Below, in pieces: positions 61,665 to 64,000 of a DNA stretch of 64,000 nucleotides. The stretch spans positions 198,810,898 to 198,874,897 of the forward strand of contig NC_068981.1 in the NCBI RefSeq assembly GCF_001194135.2, in the 5' to 3' direction. The notes beneath the pieces are model-generated. The model saw only the letters and a program-made list of their open reading frames with translations, was not told the origin of the DNA and did no database searches. The number at the start of each line of letters is the position of its first letter. The stretch's first letter is position 1. The stretch is from Octopus bimaculoides. Its lineage: Eukaryota. The position numbers were made by a program, and so were the translations under genes.

Positions 61665-61920
61665 GTTAATGTACCGAGGGAGAAATTATGTGAGATGTCG
61701 TGTGCAAGGGAGAAGATTGTGCTGGTTTGGTCAGGTGATGCAGATGAGGATGAGGACAGTTGCATAAAGAAATGAGGGTTACTTAAAATGGAACTTGTGG
61801 AAGAGGAAAACCTACGAAGACATGGGATGAAGACTGAAGGCTGATCTCAAGAAGCTAAGACTCAAAGAGGAGATGACAAAGAGCTAAGACGAATGGTGAT
61901 TTTCTGTGCTTGAGAAAACC
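61665..61920 (+). mobile_element. Old RTE ORF 3' relic
   Basis: gagatgtcgtgtgcaagggagaagattgtgctggtttggtcag and ggaacttgtggaagaggaaaacctacgaagacatgg align with 23990-24140. Confidence 0.6.
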
Positions 61921-62649
61921 TGTTCATAGAACCAAACACGAGGTCCTAAATCCTGAAAAATATTTTATCAACTCTTGTACAGCCCCTGCACCATACTGCC
62001 CCCATCAAGCATTCCCTACCATTCAACCATTCCTCCTTGTCTTTCGTTCCTCCCTTCCTACTTCCTAGTTCCGTCTCTCATTCTGGTCTCCTCCCATGTC
62101 TTATTCCCACCACTACCACCACCATTCAGCTATCATTCCCAGGGCCTCACTTGTCTCCCCACCACCACCACCACTCCTGTGCCTTGATCCTCATCTTCTA
62201 CTGCTTGAACTATCATCCCTGAGCCACTCCTACCTCTCCCTCTCTTCCTATCCTCCCACCCTTGTCCATACTGATCTTCCCCATCAAGCCACATCTCCAT
62301 TCACCCCACTCACCTCTACCCCNNNNNNNNNNNNNNNNNNNNNNNNNNNNNNNNNNNNNNNNNNNNNNNNNNNNNNNNNNNNNNNNNNNNNNNNNNNNNN
62401 NNNNNNNNNNNNNNNNNNNNNNNNNNNNNNNNNNNNNNNNNNNNNNNNNCCAGATACTCCATCCCATCCATACATAATGCAGGGTAGTCATGTATCTTCT
62501 CCAAAGCACCATATTTCTGCTGGGCCCTGGCATAAAAATCTCCACGTCACCTTCTCAAATATTCCCCCCCCTCCCCCCACCCACTCAGTTAAGAGGCCTT
62601 TCCCCTTTTGCTCCTTTTCTTGTTCTTTCCAGTTACATGGCAACTCCAC

Positions 62650-62779
62650 TAGTGCTGGTGCCACTGTAAAGTGGTTTAGAAACCATGCCAAAGCTGACAG
62701 GGGGCACAATGCAGCTGTGTAGCTGGTCGGATCCTGTCAAACAACCCAACCCATGCCAGCATGGAAAATGGATGTACGG

Positions 62780-62812
<33 letters not shown>
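62650..62812 (+). mobile_element. RTE 3'-UTR/tail fragment
   Basis: cactgtaaagtggtttagaaaccatgcc...ccatgccagcatggaaaatggatg followed by (GAT)n. Confidence 0.75.
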
Positions 62813-62815
<3 letters not shown>

Positions 62816-62913
62816 CACTTAAGGCCTCCTGATACTAATGACCAGTTGTTAGAACTCAGTATATTTATGCTGAAGAGTAAACCAAGAGGTGAGGACAGTG
62901 TCACATCAATTCA

Positions 62914-63120
62914 CCCTTTAGCATTCAAACTGGCTATATCTGTCACTTTTATGTTTGAAACTGGCCAGATCCAACATTTCACACCTACCCTATAATGTCA
63001 TACTAAAAATAAACAATCACATCATCGAAATCTCAAAGCTATGAGATAATGGATGATTAATTCAAGACAGTGTGAATAAATAAGCATTAGATTTGACAGA
63101 GTAATCTGAATGCTAAAGGG
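62914..63120. mobile_element. piggyBac-type MITE, family 2
   Basis: TTCA|CCCTTTAGCATTCA...TGAATGCTAAAGGG|TTAA: perfect 14-bp TIR, interior unrelated to family 1. Confidence 0.85.
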
Positions 63121-63242
63121 TTAATGAATGACAAAAGAACAGGAGTTATGGCATCACTCATTTGGCTATGACTGTTTCTGCTACAAGAAACACGGCACTC
63201 ACAGGTTGCTTATGCAACGCCTTATCCTCTCTTCAGAGTCAC

Positions 63243-63445
63243 ATCATCATCATCATTTAATGTCCATTCTGCCTGCTGTTATGGGTTGGATGGTTTGATT
63301 GGTGGTGGCCAGATTTCAACTGCCTGTTTTGGCATGGTTTCTACGGCTGGATGCCCTTCCTAACACTAACCACTTTACAGAGTGTGCTGTTTAAGTGACT
63401 CCAGCATAGGTGCTTTATATGTGGCACTAGCACTGATGCTTTTTA
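63243..63445 (-). mobile_element. RTE 3'-UTR/tail fragment
   Basis: catcatcatttaatgtcc...ggctggatgcccttcctaacactaaccactttacagagtg. Confidence 0.75.
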
Positions 63446-64000
63446 CACACACACACACACGTGTATGTGCACAGTGTCTCCACATATGCTCAGTAGCTGA
63501 CCACATAAAGCATTGGAGCCATTCCAACTGATCCCACTTTTTCCAAAATATTAAATTCAGTTTAATGCACACACACAGAAACAGATTATCGTTGGCTGAT
63601 TTGGCTGATTTATTCTCCAGAATATTGGAACATGGAAATACTTCTTATCTTTATTGGGGGTAGTTTTGGGGGTCGAAGCGAAAATGGAAGACTTCCCCCT
63701 TAATTCTAACAATTGTTTTGTTTGTTTTTATCAAAGCTTCTCTGCATTGATTTTTCTCCTCTTGGAGTTGTTGAGTAAAACATTAAAATACGAAATAAAT
63801 AAATCAAAGAACAAAAGGAATTTCCAATGGAGATATTTTCTCTCCTAAAACTGCTAATGATATGAAGCGGTGGCATCGTTTGTATTTCACACATTTTCAA
63901 CATATATTTAGCTGCAGCAACCATTTAGATTAGTGGTGGCAGCAACAAAAAAAGGAAGTTTAGCCAATAGCAAAAGAAAGACTTCCTTCTTATTGATTCA

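Noticed and set aside
63165-63243. Minus strand TGACT-CTGAAGA...GAAA-C-AGTCA with a perfect stem I
   Set aside because: Stem III and the UH site are absent, and stem II lacks a closing pair.

Overview
AT-rich, microsatellite- and repeat-dense eukaryotic DNA with about 15 N-gaps. The repeat content (tRNA-headed SINEs, RTE LINEs with (GAT)n tails, long (CA)n/(GA)n/(TA)n runs) points to an octopus/coleoid cephalopod draft assembly; this is inference. The only host gene I can support is a CDP-diacylglycerol synthase (Cds, CDS1/CDS2 family) on the minus strand, seen as two spliced in-frame exons at 39551-39672 and 38212-38308. No further Cds exon is visible, so most of the window is probably Cds intron. 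The rest is decayed mobile DNA: RTE, CR1-like, R4/Dong and Penelope-like retroelements, a Helitron relic, a MULE with TIRs, a mariner (probably DD37D/maT) fragment, piggyBac-type and other MITEs, and SINEs. Nearly all ORFs in the supplied track are spurious (gap-spanning, microsatellite or antisense-to-TE). The best leads are: (1) a type I hammerhead ribozyme with a fully canonical catalytic core and an unusually long stem II at 30041-30136, on the Cds sense strand; (2) a ~380-bp palindrome carrying hammerhead motifs in both arms (59397-59774), plus a hammerhead relic attached to a Penelope GIY-YIG fragment; (3) a promoter-like CCAAT/RFX X-box/E-box cluster inside the putative intron; (4) several long fold-back structures, including two head-to-head RTE fragments from different lineages that start at the same 5' point. 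Coordinates of decayed repeats are approximate (about +/-10-30 bp).
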